Shown: positions 23,021-37,059 of the stretch, in pieces | Layout: each line of letters starts with the position of its first letter | Numbering within the stretch: the stretch's first letter is position 1 | NCBI RefSeq assembly: GCF_001194135.2 | Contig: NC_068995.1 | Span: 52,962,456-53,023,878 of the forward strand | Length of the DNA stretch: 61,423 bases | Direction of reading: 5' to 3' | DNA from: Octopus bimaculoides | Lineage: Eukaryota | Position numbers and translations under genes: made by a program | Notes under the pieces: generated by a model | Told to the model about the DNA's origin: nothing | Databases searched by the model: none | The model's input: the letters and a program-made list of their open reading frames with translations, nothing else

Positions 23021-23304
23021 AGGCACGTGGTTTAGTAATTGGGGCGTTGTACTTGCATTGTAAGATCCTGGTTTAAATACGCAAGCCGCGTGGTGCGTTG
23101 ATTAAGTCAGTAAAACACTTCATTTCACATTGACTGCTCCAGTTCCCTCAACTGTAAATGAGTTCCAAGAAATGCTGGGAAGTTAACCCCGCAATCGGCT
23201 GCCATCCCGTCCACGGGGTTGTGTTGCGATCTCAGTTACTTATACGCCATAGGGACCAGGTTGAACTCAGGCCTTATGAGTCCCAGGATTCATGACAGAC
23301 TTAT
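23021..23304 (+). mobile_element. tRNA-derived SINE with CORE-like and V/Meta-like central motif
   Basis: GGCACGTGGTTTAGTAATT...AAAACACTTCATTTCACATTGACTGCTCCAGTTCCCTCAACTGTAAATGAG...AACCCCGCAATCGGCTGCCATCCCGTCCACGGGG. A related copy lies at 30280-30503 (-). Confidence 0.65.
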
Positions 23305-24442
23305 GTCTATGTATGATTTGATCTGAGGAAGATTTTGGTCATTATTTTTTACAGAACTAGACTATACACACGCACACACACACACATTGTATGTACGTAT
23401 ATATATAAAGAGAGAGGGAGAGAGAGAGGAGATATATATATAGATACATGCATTTATATACAAATATATACTTATACACATACATATATATAATATATAC
23501 GCGCGCACGCATACACACACACAAGCACATGTGTATATATATATATATATGCATACATATATATATACATGTACAAACATATATATATACATGTACAAAC
23601 ATATATATATATATATATATNNNNNNNNNNNNNNNNNNNNNNNNNNNNNNNNNNNNNNNNNNNNNNNNNNNNNNNNNNNNNNNNNNNNNNNNNNNNNNNN
23701 NNNNNNNNNNNNNNNNNNNNNNNNNNNNNNNNNNNNNNNNNNNNNNNNNNNNNNNNNNNNNNNNNNNNNNNNNNNNNNNNNNNNNNNNNNNNNNNNNNNN
23801 NNNNNNNNNNNNNNNNNNNNNNNNNNNNNNNNNNNNNNNNNNNNNNNNNNNNNNNNNNNNNNNNNNNNNNNNNNNNNNNNNNNNNNNNNNNNNNNNNNNN
23901 NNNNNNNNNNNNNNNNNNNNNNNNNNNNNNNNNNNNNNNNNNNNNNNNNNNNNNNNNNNNNNNNNNNNNNNNNNNNNNNNNNNNNNNNNNNNNNNNNNNN
24001 NNNNNNNNNNNNNNNNNNNNNNNNNNNNNNNNNNNNNNNNNNNNNNNNNNNNNNNNNNNNNNNNNNNNNNNNNNNNNNNNNNNNNNNNNNTCTCTCTCTC
24101 TCTCTTCCTCTTCTTTTCTCTCTTATACTTCAAACTCTTTCATCCTCTCTAAACTATTCGTCTTTGTCGTTACCATTTTCCAACTATTTTCTGTTTTCCT
24201 TGCCAGTTATTTTATACATTTCTCTCTCTCTCTCACTCTCTTTCTCTCTCTCTCTCTTTCTTTCTCCCTTTTCTCTCTCTCTCTCTCTCTCTCTCCGTCT
24301 CCCTCTCTCTCATTCTCTGTCTTTCTCTCCTGCTGCACACAGACATATATATATATACACACACACACACACACGCGCGCATACATACATAAATACACAC
24401 ACACACATTTGCATATATAGACATATATATACATACATACAT

Positions 24443-24522
<80 letters not shown>

Positions 24523-24627
24523 GAGTGTTATGTGTGTGCACGTGCTCAATGTGCGTATGTGCATGCGTGGTGTTTGTGCGTGCGTGTGTGTGTGTGTGTT
24601 GAGGCGTGTGTAAGTCAGTGTGTGTGC

Positions 24628-24658
<31 letters not shown>

Positions 24659-26432
24659 AACAATTGCTCGCATGCATGCTGGGTCGTGGATGTCCAAGTC
24701 GGTTTTTCTTGTGTTACACCCAAAAATACTCCACTTATTATCACAAAACACACTGAATGCAGAAGAACGTCTTTTTTTTCTTTGATATACCCAAGATAAC
24801 AAATGTTCTCTCTGCCTCTCTCTCACTCTCCCTCTTCCTCTTACATACACGCACACGCACACATGCACACACACGTATACAAATACACACCTTACATCTA
24901 ATATATAATATTATAGAAACATGTTTTCTGCAATTCGGAATATTGTTTGTAATACTGGCAGGACCCCTTGTGAATTCCAAGACTGAGACCCTCACTAATT
25001 GGCACTCCATGCATTTAAGTCGGTCGTTCTGTTTTTGTTTTTCTGGGTTTTTTTTCCTATTCTCCACATGTCTATTTCTCTATGGGTTTCATTTAGTTTC
25101 GTCAAGGTGTTTCGGTGTAAGACTGGTACATGTTTTATCGAGCCAGGAAGGATGAAATGTAAATCTGATGAAGGTGGGGTTTGAATTCAAAACGTAAAAA
25201 GCTAGGACAAATACAGCGATACAATTTTTTTTCGCGACACACACATATACATAAATATACATATGCGCAAACACACACACACACACACACACACGCACGC
25301 ACACACACATGCAAATACACACGAATACACACACGCGCATATACACATATACACACACACAGACAGAAATTAAAGGAATGCGAGTACACGGTTATTTTTT
25401 TTTTTTTCTATGATGGTGGTTGATGTTATGGAGTTCGTTAAAGGCGAAGAAATCACAGAAAATTCAAAGAGACAACACCATTTTCAGATCATGACAACTG
25501 TTGACCTCCAATCAAAACGGATTTCCAATATTGTTCAAATCTTGCGTGCTACACACGTCGCTATCAATTCCCCCACCATTTTTCTTTACTTTAAATTCAT
25601 TGGTTTTCGTTTTTAATTCTTTTCCTCTCTTCCTTCTGTTTTTTTTTTGTTCTTTTGCTTTTTTTTTTTCATAAAATTACTTTTTGTTGCTTAATGAAAT
25701 TCTTGAATGAGGACAAGGCGAGAGAATAGGAAGAAGAGATGGAATAGGAAGGTGAGCGAAGGCATGGTAGAAGTTCTGGTTAAGATAGCAAGAACGAACA
25801 TTATAATTGGAGGCGTTAAAGGGAGCAAGAAAGTACGACAGTAAAATGCCGGGGCAAAAAGAAAAAAATATATATATAAAAATCAAATAAATAAATAAAA
25901 GATCAATTAAACTTGTCAACATTAACATTTCACATCCGTAGTTATAGAAGAAAACATCGAACGAAATAAGTAAAAAGAAGAAAAAGAAAAAAGTAATGAT
26001 AATAATAATTAATAAAGACGATGAATTATAAGCCAAAAAAAGACCACAAAGAAAAGTTTTAGCAGAAGAAAAGAAAGGGTTTTTCGTTTATTAATGTCCC
26101 AGTTTTTGAATGGGAAGACGGAGAGGTGGACAGAGTAAGAGATCTTTTCTCACCGTTTCCTGCTAAATTCTATGAAAGATAAGATAAATTTCATAATGGA
26201 TGTGAACAGAATCAATTAACGTTTCATAAATGTGGCGGATGAAGGGAAGAAAGAGAAGAAGAGAGAAAGAAAGGGAGAAAGAGAGAGAGAGAGAGAGAAA
26301 GAGAGAGCGTGTGAGCGAGTGAATAAGTGAAATGGGGGAGGGGTGAACATAAGGTGTAGTAGGGAGATAAAAGAGAGAACGAGAGAATGTTCTACAGAAA
26401 AAGAGATGTATTTAATGAAGAGAGAGAAAAGC

Positions 26433-26640
26433 GCGGTGAGCTGGCAAAATCGTTAGCATGCCGGACGAAATGCCTAGTGGCATTTCGTCCGTCTTTACGT
26501 TCGTCTGAGTTCAAATTCCGCCGAGGTCGACTTTGCCTGTCAAGCCTTCGGGATCGATAAAATAAGTACCAGTTGAACACTGGGATTGATGTCAAATGCT
26601 TATGCCTGTCCCCTAAATTGCAATGCGCTGGCTATCTTTG
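26433..26640 (+). mobile_element. SINE family A
   Basis: GCGGTGAGCTGGCAAAATCGTTAGCATGCCGGACGAAATGC...TTCAAATTCCGCCGAGGTCGACTTTGCC. Confidence 0.85.
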
Positions 26641-26739
26641 AAAGATTTCCTCTAAAACAACTCCTTTTTCCTCGCGGCAAACTTACTTCCCGTTATTTTT
26701 TTTTTTCATTTTTTTTAATTCTGTTATTCTTTAAATTGT

Positions 26740-27125
26740 TTCAGTCTCTGTGCTACGGCCATGCTGGATCACCTCATTAAAAGGTTTAGTCGATCAAATT
26801 GACTTCATTAGTTAAAGTTTGGTACTTAGTCAATAGACCTTTTTTTGCCGTAATGCTAATTCACAGGGGAGCATACACACCAACACCGGTTGTCAAGCGG
26901 CAGAGACAAGCACACACACACACACACAGACACACATATAATATATTCACACACACACAGACAAACATGATAGACTTCCACACAGTTTCCATTCCAGATT
27001 CATTCACAAAATTGGGCCAGAGTGAAAGTAGCAGACACTTCATCTAGGTACCCTACATCTGAACTGAACCTAAAACCACGAATCCGGAACGAATTTCTTA
27101 TGTACATAACCAAGCCATCAGAATT
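26740..27125 (-). mobile_element. SINE family B, degenerate full length
   Basis: Reverse-complemented tail (ACGGCCATGCTGG...TTTAGTCGATCAAATTGAC), middle (CACACCAACACCGGTTGTCAAGCGG) and head (GACTGAACCTAAAACCACG-like) occur in the expected order. Confidence 0.75.
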
Positions 27126-29139
27126 CTATCAGCTTCTCTCTTTCTCTCCAGTCCGACAAAGATCACCACAACTTCCATTATATTTTGTTTTCTTTGCTGT
27201 CTTTAATCTCAAGTAGAATAGAAACCTTAATTTGTATAGACTGGCAACTGTTGAGATGCCTTCTAATGGACGTGACCACTAGAGTTATGTTTCTAATGTG
27301 TTAATGTAACGTGTATGTGGTGTTGCATATGTAAAAGGTGTTAAATGTGTCCGTACTGTGTTACATGCTTTTTAATAGATGCGGCAACCACATTCACGTA
27401 TAATTTAATAGTAATGTAACGTGTGTTTGCTTCTGCATACGTAAAATGTATAAACTTTTTTTTTTGCCTATTTATATAGCCTAGACTCTATAGACTGTAC
27501 GCTCCATAAGCTTTTAAAGCATTTGTCGACTTTCCTTGTTTAGTTGCTTATGAAAGGAACAAAAGCGGGCATTGTATTTATTCTCTGCACAGTATATATT
27601 GATTTCCATGGAATCCCTCTTCAGACAACAAGATAATGATATGGTTACGAGTATAAACAAACTCTGAACTGATTGCAATAAATTGATATTTTCGGATCTC
27701 AGCTTATGTTTTTCATTCCACAGAGAGTCAAGACTGACCGAAAGATAAAGTTAGTTTATTGCAGTCAATTGTTGTCTGTTGTAGAAAGAAGTTAGATTAT
27801 TATTGTAAGGCGGTGAATTAGTAGAGTGATTAAAGTGTTAGTTAGAAAGCTTCTTAGGTATCTGTTTCAGATATCTCCGATTTGTGTTCAAATCCCGCCT
27901 AAGTTCACTTTACCTTTTAACCTTTCGAGATCGATGAAAGAAAGTAGCAATTCAGAGCGGGAATAGTTAGAGGGCGAAGTAAAATACCACGAGGTATTTG
28001 TTCCGGCTCTTTACGTTCCGACAGCAATGCCTTCGGACACCATCAGTGCCTGGATGTAGCGACTAAAGTTGGCGGTCTTTCACTCCGATAACATCGTGAC
28101 ATCGTAACGGAGACATTTGCAGATATAGTTAACAGCCAGACTTCCTCAAAATGACTTGTGAATTCTACATGTACAGATCAATGGCCAACCTTAATCCACG
28201 GAAGCCCCCAACCCCAACTTGAAAAAAAAGAAGACACCATACTGGAGTCGATTTGGTCGACTAAACACTTGAAGGCGGTGACCCAGCAAACCCAGCATGG
28301 CTGCATTCCAATGAATGAAACAAGTAAATGAATGCATGCACACATACCTAGAGGCGCAGGCGTGGCTGTATTATAAGAAGCTTGGTTCCCAAGGGAATTT
28401 AGTACTTATTTATAAATAAAAACAGTTGCTGTGAGGAAAACAAAAGTCACGACGTTACGAACTAAGATTCTTTATCGAGGAAGCAAAGGGAGATAATTCC
28501 ATGGATTCGATGGTTCCGTGACTTTATTACAATCATAACTTCAGTATAACAGCACTAGGAATTATTGTTATCATTGCTCTATTTCTTTGTCGATTAAGAA
28601 CTTCAGCTCGAAACATTAGTAATTATTTCTTTTATCTAACGCCACGGTGTTCTTATTTATTATAGCCTTTATTCCAGGTGAAGATATTATTGGAAATGGA
28701 ACAGCTATAATAGTAAGAAACTCGTGATTACCAAGACGGAGCAATAACAAAGTGCAGAAGAAACAGCTTCTAAAGCTGAGAGATTCCTCTTGTTAATTAT
28801 ACGTTCGCTGACTCGTAAAGACAAGTTTCATCTCAAGTAACAACCATAAAAATATCTTAAACAAGTTAGTAATTTTATATCTACATTGCTTTGAAAGTTG
28901 GAAAAAGATACACGTTGATATTAACGATGATAATAAAAACATGAAATACGACGACGACGACAACGACGACAAAGATGACGACGATGATGATGATGATGAT
29001 GACGATGGCTTCTCTTATAATAAGAATCGTTTCCTTATGTGGAAATGATATCTTATATGTGATATGAGAATTTTCCATCTAATATTTTTAAGGATTCACG
29101 TTATGTGTCTTTCTACACCATATATCTTATGTGTGTAAG

Positions 29140-29311
29140 CATGTGTGTGTTTTGTTTTTAATTCTCTCTCTATTTGTATCCTCGTGTTCTTTTATGCTGA
29201 AGAGCGTAGGTTCGAAACTGAAAAGACTTTCTCACCTTCCCGAGCGTCAAACTAATACACCTGCTTGTTATTTATACACCTGTGTCTTCTTCTTTTGTTT
29301 TTCTGTAAATT
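29140..29311 (+). mobile_element. Hammerhead-bearing short dispersed repeat (family H2), decayed copy
   Basis: TTCTTTT ATGCTGAA GAGC GTAG GTTC GAAAC TGA AAAGA (29187-29226), then CGAGCGTCAAACTAATACACCTGCTTGTT. The same sequence occurs in the opposite orientation at 59950-60045. Confidence 0.7.
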
Positions 29312-29325
29312 AAATGAAAAATATT

Positions 29326-29542
29326 CCTTTCTACTCTAAGCACAAGATCCGAAATTTTTGGAGAGGCGGGGCCAGTCAATTAGATTGACCCCAGTAAGCA
29401 ACTGGTACTTAATTTACCGACCCCGAAAGGATGAAAGGCATAGTCGACCTTGGCGGAATTTGAACTCAGAATGTAAAGACAGACGAAATATCGCTAAGCA
29501 TTTTCGCCCGGCGTGTTAACGTTTCTACCAGTTCGCCACCTT
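29326..29542 (-). mobile_element. SINE family A (tail 2) with 17-bp target-site duplication
   Basis: Flanks ATTAAATGAAAAATATT (29309-29325) and ATTAAATAAAAAATATT (29543-29559), one mismatch. Confidence 0.9.
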
Positions 29543-30279
29543 ATTAAATAAAAAATATTGAGATGACCACGTGTTACTAGCAAAGGGCGCATAAGAGCAA
29601 AATGAGGCAGGACTACTGTCTTGTGGAGCAATAGATGTGCTAATCACAACGCGTGATGCAGTTTTACTGGGGGAAATGTGAGGACTTGGAACATTCATTA
29701 TTAAAGAATATCAACGAATCAATTCCCTGCGCCAAGTAAATATAAAACTAGTCAGTGTGAGAGTAGCTGCTCCAATTACTTATTTGCGATGCAAAACAGG
29801 GTTAACACTAATATATTCAGAAATATTTCATTAAATTTAATGTAAAGGATACTTCAACGATGAAGAATTAAATGAAATTCAGTGATGAAAAGAACGTAAT
29901 GTATCAAAGAAGATAAGGAAATAAATCAGAATAATTACTATTAGAAAAATGGCAGTTTATGAGAAACTCCGACCTTAGATAAAATGGAAGGGTTGATGAA
30001 AAGATAAGTTTAAAGATTGATCGAACTGTTTGGACTTGATACGAGGTCAAGTTGTTTAATGATACTGGGCGGAGGCTAGATAGAGTCGATAAATTCGATT
30101 CCAATATATTACTGTTATCGTCTTTTGGATAAGTAATAAAAAGGGACGTTGATTTTGGTCCGATTTAAAGTTGAAAGAGATGAAACTAACAACAGTAATA
30201 ACTCAAGTCCAGCTCTCGCCTATTTCTTCCATCTTGACATCGAGTCAAGGAGGGCGTAGAACAGTAGGACATTATTGTC

Positions 30280-30503
30280 TTCTTGTCCTAGAATTCATAG
30301 GACCAGTCACTCGGTTTCCATGGAGTAGAAGTAACCGATATCAAAACATTCCCTCTGAACGGAACGCTGGTCCATTGCAGGGTTATTCATCTACAATGAA
30401 GTGTTTTCTCATGAGCACAACGAACCACCCGGTCCAGGATTTGAAACTACGATCTTGTGTCTCTGATATTAATACCCTAACTACTAGGCCATGCGTCTTC
30501 CAC
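30280..30503 (-). mobile_element. tRNA-derived SINE with V/Meta-like motif
   Basis: Minus strand GTGGAAGACGCATGGCCTAGTAGTTAGGG...GTTTCAAATCCTGG...AACCCTGCAATGGACCAGCGTTCC. Confidence 0.65.
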
Positions 30504-31042
30504 AGGAATTGTAGACTTGCTAGAAATAGTAGCGGAATTTTCTCCAAATCACAGTCTAGAGGCTTAAATTTAAAATAAAAGCGGAAATAGATTAAATAAT
30601 GTAATATTTATTAAACACCTTGTAAAAACTGCGTGATAGTCACGACTGGAAAGCCTATGATTGTAATTCTGCTTCACCAGACTTGAACTTAAGGGTCAAT
30701 CAAGAATTTAATATCATGGACAGGTAGAATATTGATCTCTGGGTTTGGCAAAATACCAAATTATAGGAAGATAATAATTGATACATAATGACTAGATTTT
30801 GACAGGGTACAAAACGCATGCGCACACACGCACACACTCACACACACACACTCATAGAAAACAGTTTAATAGATTGAAAGTTAAATCCAGTTAAATAAAA
30901 ACAGTTTTTAGTAATACTTATATATATATATATATGCTTGTATGTCGGTGACTTGTTTCTACGTATATCTGCATATAATAGTTCCTCTACTTACATGTCT
31001 GCGTACGTCTGTGTGAACGAATGCCTTTGTATGTATATATGT

Positions 31043-31078
<36 letters not shown>

Positions 31079-31314
31079 TCACACATGTATATATGTGTTT
31101 GTGTGCTTTTTTTTGGGAAATTTAACTTTATTCTTAATTACATTATCTATCTCATGCCAAACAAGACTAGTAAAGACATCGTATCTGCTGATCTATGAAT
31201 AATGAGTTACCATCAATCATTCTACACCAGCAAACCGTTCCATTATCCTCACAACCTCAATCTCAGACTGATACACACACCAACCCGCCCATAATAATTC
31301 ACGTCTGCACTTAT

Positions 31315-31344
31315 CATCTCCTCTTCCTCTTCATCCTCCTCCTC

Positions 31345-31392
<48 letters not shown>

Positions 31393-31811
31393 TTCGTTGT
31401 CGTCGTCGTCATCATTATCATAATCGTAATCGCATCATCATCATCATCATCCTTACCGCCGTCGTCGTCTTCTTCCTCCTGTTCCCCTCCTCCCCTTCCT
31501 CCTCTTCCCCTTCTTCTTCTTCTTCTTCTTCTTCTTCTTCTTCTTCTTCTTCTTCTTCTTCTTCTTCTTCTTCTTCTTCTTCTTCTTCTTCGTCCTCCTC
31601 CTCCTCATTATCATCATGATCATCATCATCTTTGCCGTCGTCGTCGATTTCCTCCTCCTCTTCCTACTCCCCTTCTCCTCCTCCTCGTCATCATCATTAC
31701 CCTCATCGTAACCACTGTGGTCATCATCATCGTCATCATCATCATGGTCATCGACAACACATTTTTTTCCATAATCAAACAACAAGAAGAACAAACAACA
31801 AAACAAGCAAA

Positions 31812-31880
<69 letters not shown>

Positions 31881-32016
31881 AAATAGCAATAGATAAGTGC
31901 AAGAGCCAAAAAATTATATAAACATTAACAAATATTACAACAACAACAACAACACCGAAAACCTTTTCACGAATGCAATCAACAACCAGCCACTGGAGCA
32001 ACAACAACAACAACAT

Positions 32017-32062
<46 letters not shown>

Positions 32063-32230
32063 AGCAACAAATGTGGAACAACAAAAACAACGGCGATAAC
32101 AAGAACAAGAAGAGTCAGGTCATCGTTAAAACGAAGAACAAGTACAAGAACAACAACATCAGCATCATCAGCATCACCATTAACAACTGCAACAGCGGTA
32201 AGTTTAATAACAACAACAACAACACGAAAC
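31315..32230. repeat. Cluster of (GTC)n, (CTT)n, (CCT)n, (AT)n, (AAC)n and (CTA)n microsatellites
   Basis: Seen directly; accounts for the ORFs listed between 31195 and 32241. Confidence 0.95.
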
Positions 32231-32444
32231 TGAATGAGTGATTCTTACAGCGATAATAGCGAAACACCAATATTTTTATAATACAGATCTAAAATCGATT
32301 TTTAGAAAAATCGATAATTTACATTGTTACTCAACCAGAAGAGAAATGGTAAAAAAAAACAAAAAAAAAAACGGAAAAAAGGAAAAAAAACGAAAAAGAA
32401 AGCAATCTATCGGTTTTCTTCAAATAATCATATTATTCAGAAAG

Positions 32445-32655
32445 AAGGCGGCGAGTTTGCAAAACGTAACTGCGCCGGATAAAATGCCAAACGACATTTC
32501 GTCCGTCTTTATATTCTGAGTTCAAATTCCGCCGAGGTCAGCTTTGCCTTTCATTCTTTCGGGGTTCGATAAAGTAAGTACCAGTTGCATACTGGGGTCG
32601 ATATAATCAACATGATTCTGCCACGCCCCCCAAATTTCAGGCCTTGTGTCTCTTC
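32445..32655 (+). mobile_element. SINE family A, tail 2
   Basis: AAGGCGGCGAGTTTGCAAAACG...TTCAAATTCCGCCGAGGTC...CCCCCAAATTTCAGGCCTTGTG. Confidence 0.85.
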
Positions 32656-32659
32656 ATTA

Positions 32660-33031
32660 GACAGCAGTCATGCTGAGTCACAATCTTGGAGAATTTTAGT
32701 CGAAGGAATCGCCCTCAGTACTTATGTTTTTGTAAAACCTGGTGCTTCTATCAACCGTTGTGTTGAACCGCTAAGTTACGGGGATGTAAGCACACCTACG
32801 TCGGTTGTCAAATGGTGGTGAGAAACATATACAAAGACACACACACACATACAGGTAGATAGATATACGATAGGCTTCTTTCAGTTTCTATCTACCAAAT
32901 CAACTCACGAGGCTTTAATCAGCCCGGAGCTATAGTAGAGAGACATTTGCTGAAGCTACCGCGCAGTGAGAGTGAACTCGGGACCATGTGGTTTGGAAGA
33001 AAACATCTTACCACACAGTAACGCCTGCACC
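32660..33031 (-). mobile_element. SINE family B, full length
   Basis: Reverse-complemented tail, CCGCTAAGTTACGGGGA middle, and head ending CTTACCACACAGTAACGCCTGCAC. Confidence 0.85.
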
Positions 33032-33520
33032 TAGGTAAAACTCCATGAATTATACACTCCTTAAGGCGACAAACGAGTAGAGTTGTTAGAGCGTTGGATA
33101 GACTTCCTTGCTTCACAATATTTCTCCTGTTCCTCCGTGTTCTGAGTTCAAATCCCGCTGAGGTCAGTTTCGTGTATCATCCTTTTTTGGCGATTGTTAA
33201 ATCGACAGAACCAACCCAGGATAGAACGTGATGCTTTACAGTTTCTCCTTCGTGTCCTTTAGATCTGACAACAATATATGTGGCAACACTGGTGCCATGC
33301 TGTGTCGGCCCACGTTGGCGCGACCTTTCCCTTTAATAAACATCGGTTTACAAGCCTATTATACATGAACTTTTATTGTGTATTAGTCATTCATTCATGC
33401 TTATGTGCTTCTACATATGAGCTTAGTTCTTTTCTGAATCGGAAGAATCGACAAGATCTGCTCGGATTTCGTACATACATACATACACCGCAGGCCATAT
33501 TGCCTTATTACATCTATCTA

Positions 33521-33563
<43 letters not shown>

Positions 33564-34558
33564 NNNNNNNNNNNNNNNNNNNNNNNNNNNNNNNNNNNNN
33601 NNNNNNNNNNNNNNNNNNNNNNNNNNNNNNNNNNNNNNNNNNNNNNNNNNNNNNNNNNNNNNNNNNNNNNNNNNNNNNNNNNNNNNNNNNNNNNNNNNNN
33701 NNNNNNNNNNNNNNTATATATATGTATATATATATATGTATATATATACGCACACACACACACACATATATACATACTTATAATTTAGTACCGAGTCTCT
33801 TTGTCAGCAACTCCAAGAGCGCTAAGACTGATTGGCGAGTTTTTGCATGAACATTTCCAGGTCAATAATATCTAAAGGTAAACCATATTCACCTACGCAG
33901 GCACGCACACACACACACCCGTATACACACACACATACGTACGTACATATCTGCATACATATGCAAGATAACGTCGATTGCCAGATGGAATGACAAAATT
34001 TACCATAGAAACATTATGTATTCGAATCATGAGAAAGAATGAAAGAGAGACGAGGGAAAAAATGGTATAGTGAAAGAAAGAATGAAAAAAAAGAAAGAAA
34101 GAAAAAGACAACCAGAATATTCATTCATTGACAATGCCAAGAAAAAGGTCAAAGGAACGCTGCCGATACACAATGGCACTGAAATCAAATTGTTCACGTC
34201 ATTTAGAAATAAAATTCATAGCAGAGTGGTTGTGGTCAGGTGACCAGCAGAGACCAATGATAGGTCTAACATTGCTAAGAACAGGTTTTTAGAATATAAA
34301 CTACAAGAACACTGCTTTTATATGAGAAGTAGCTTCCATTACGGCAACACTAAATCGTATGCGTGCCGTGACAAAGCTTTGCTAAGAATACACCCGAAAT
34401 TTAATAGAAGCACATTCAATACCCGGAAGGGATGTATATATATGTATATATATATATGTGTGTATGTGTGTGTGTGTATATCTATATGTATATGTATATA
34501 TATGTGTATGTATGTGTGTGTGTGTATATCTATATGTATATGTATATATATGTGTATG

Positions 34559-34634
<76 letters not shown>

Positions 34635-35071
34635 TAAATACATACATATATGTGTGCGCGGTCGTGTGCGTATGCATATTTCCGTGTGTATGTGCATGTA
34701 TTCATGTATGCATGTAACTATATATATGTACGCAATCACACACACATATACATATATATGTACGGATGCATATCTATCTATGCATACCTGTCTGTCTCTC
34801 TGTCATACGTAAATAAACACATACGTACACATACCTATACACACACACACACCTGATGCTGTAATACGACCATATATACGTACACGTCTGTAAATATAAC
34901 AATTTGCAAGATGGTTGTCATTTTGTCAAAAGCGGGAAGAAGAGATGATTGTGCGCGTGAAAGTTACTAATTAGAGGACCAATCAAGCAATAATGACAAT
35001 GTCTGTTATTCGAGACAAAAGATATGCGACAATGGCATTACGGTAAAGTGCAGGATTTTAACAGCTATGAC

Positions 35072-35110
<39 letters not shown>

Positions 35111-36000
35111 AATAATAACAACAGAAACAATGGTATCACTTATGCTGTAAAATGAATACACAAGCGAAAAATCGTATATATCAAAATGGGGACAATACAT
35201 ATAGACGACGGAGTGGTTGTGTGGTAAGTAGCTTTCTTACCAACCACATGGTTCCGGATTCAGTCCTACTGCGAGGCACCTTGGGCAAAGAAAGAAAGAA
35301 AGAAAGAAGGAAAGAAAGACAAGTGAGTGAATGTTTGGTGTGATTAAGAAGTTCGCTTTGCAATTACATAGTTTCAAGTTCAATTCCATTGCGTGGCAAC
35401 TTCAGCAAAGTGTATTGTACTGTAGCCCCGGGTCGAACCAATGTCTCGATGCCTTGTGAGTGGAATTACTAGACGGAAACTACGAGGAAATTTCAGTAGT
35501 CGGAAACTATGAGGAAATAGGTTGATGTATGCTTTTGTGTGTGTGAGTGCGTGAGAGAGAAAGAGAGAGAGAGAGAGATGGATGGATGGATAGGTACATA
35601 GATAGATAGATAGATAGATAGACAGACAGATAGATAGATAGATAGATATCGCTATAGATATAGTTATATTCCCTAAGTAGGTGCGTATGGATATATGGGA
35701 ACGTGCCTTTTTAAACATTCTTGTCAGCAATGGCTACGATAGAGAACATTGAATGCAAGTAGATACCAATACAATCAAAGACCATTAAGTATATTCTGTG
35801 AGGTCTTGACACAAATACCATCTTCTAATAAAATACAACACACATTCACTCTTACCTACTCTCACTCCGCTCGCCTCTCTCCCTCTCTCTCAGCTCTACT
35901 TGCTGTTTTCGTTCCGCGTCTGTATTGTACTATAGCCCCGGGTAGATAGAACATACATACACGCATATATGCGTGTATATATATATATATATATATATAT

Positions 36001-36385
36001 AGCATGGCTGTGTGGCAAGAAGTTTGCTTACGAACAACATGGTTCCGGGTTCTCATCCTACTGCGTGGCACCTTGGGCAAGTGTCTTCTACTAAAATCTT
36101 ATGAGTAGATTTGGGAGACGAAGACCGAAAGAAACCCGTTGTGTATATATCTATATATCTATGTGTGTGTGCGTGTGTGTGTGTATGTGTATCCTTGTGC
36201 CCCACCACCGTTTCACAAACGGTGTTGGTGTGTTTATGTCCCCGTAGCTTAGTGGTTCGACAAAAGAAACCGATAATACCACGCTTCAAATATATAAGTA
36301 TAGGTGTCAATTCGTTCGACTAAAATTCTTCAAGGTGGTGCCCCAGCATGGCCGCAGTCAAATGACTGAAACTAGTAGAAAATGA
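36001..36385 (+). mobile_element. SINE family B, full length
   Basis: AGCATGGCTGTGTGGCAAGAAG...ATGGTTCCGGGTTC...GGCACCTTGGGCAAGTGTCTTCTACT...CCCCGTAGCTTAGTGGTTCG...GGTGGTGCCCCAGCATGGCCGCAGTCAAATGACTGAAAC. Confidence 0.9.
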
Positions 36386-37002
36386 AATATATATATATAT
36401 ATATATATATATACAAAAACATACATATATACATATACATATGCAATTACATATATACATATATATACATACATATATATNNNNNNNNNNNNNNNNNNNN
36501 NNNNNNNNNNNNNNNNNNNNNNNNNNNNNNNNNNNNNNNNNNNNNNNNNNNNNNNNNNNNNNNNNNNNNNNNNNNNNNNNNNNNNNNNNNNNNNNNNNNN
36601 NNNNNNNNNNNNNNNNNNNNNNNNNNNNNNNNNNNNNNNNNNNNNNNNNNNNNNNNNNNNNNNNNNNNNNNNNNNNNNNNNNNNNNNNNNNNNNNNNNNN
36701 NNNNNNNNNNNNNNNNNNNNNNNNNNNNNNNNNNNNNNNGGGGGGGATATTAAAAACAATAAAGAAAAGAGAAAGAAAGGAAACCAATGAAATTCCAGAA
36801 GATCGAAGAATAGAAGGTGATTTATGCTAAGACGACGACGATCGCTGTGAAATTGGTTTAGGACGACGTATTATGGAAACGTGCCTTCGAAAAGGAAGAG
36901 AAATTCCCAGGCGGATTCACTATGATTTAAACTCTACATAGCAACCGGAACACAACGATGATGGTTATAATAATAATAATAATAATAATAGCAATAATAA
37001 TG

Positions 37003-37059
<57 letters not shown>

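Noticed and set aside
25165-25200. CTGATGAAGGTGGGGTTTGAATTCAAAACGTA as a hammerhead
   Set aside because: G12 is missing and neither stem I nor stem II pairs. At best an unrecognisably decayed relic.
30171-30578. 135-aa ORF
   Set aside because: Most of it is the antisense strand of the SINE at 30280-30503.
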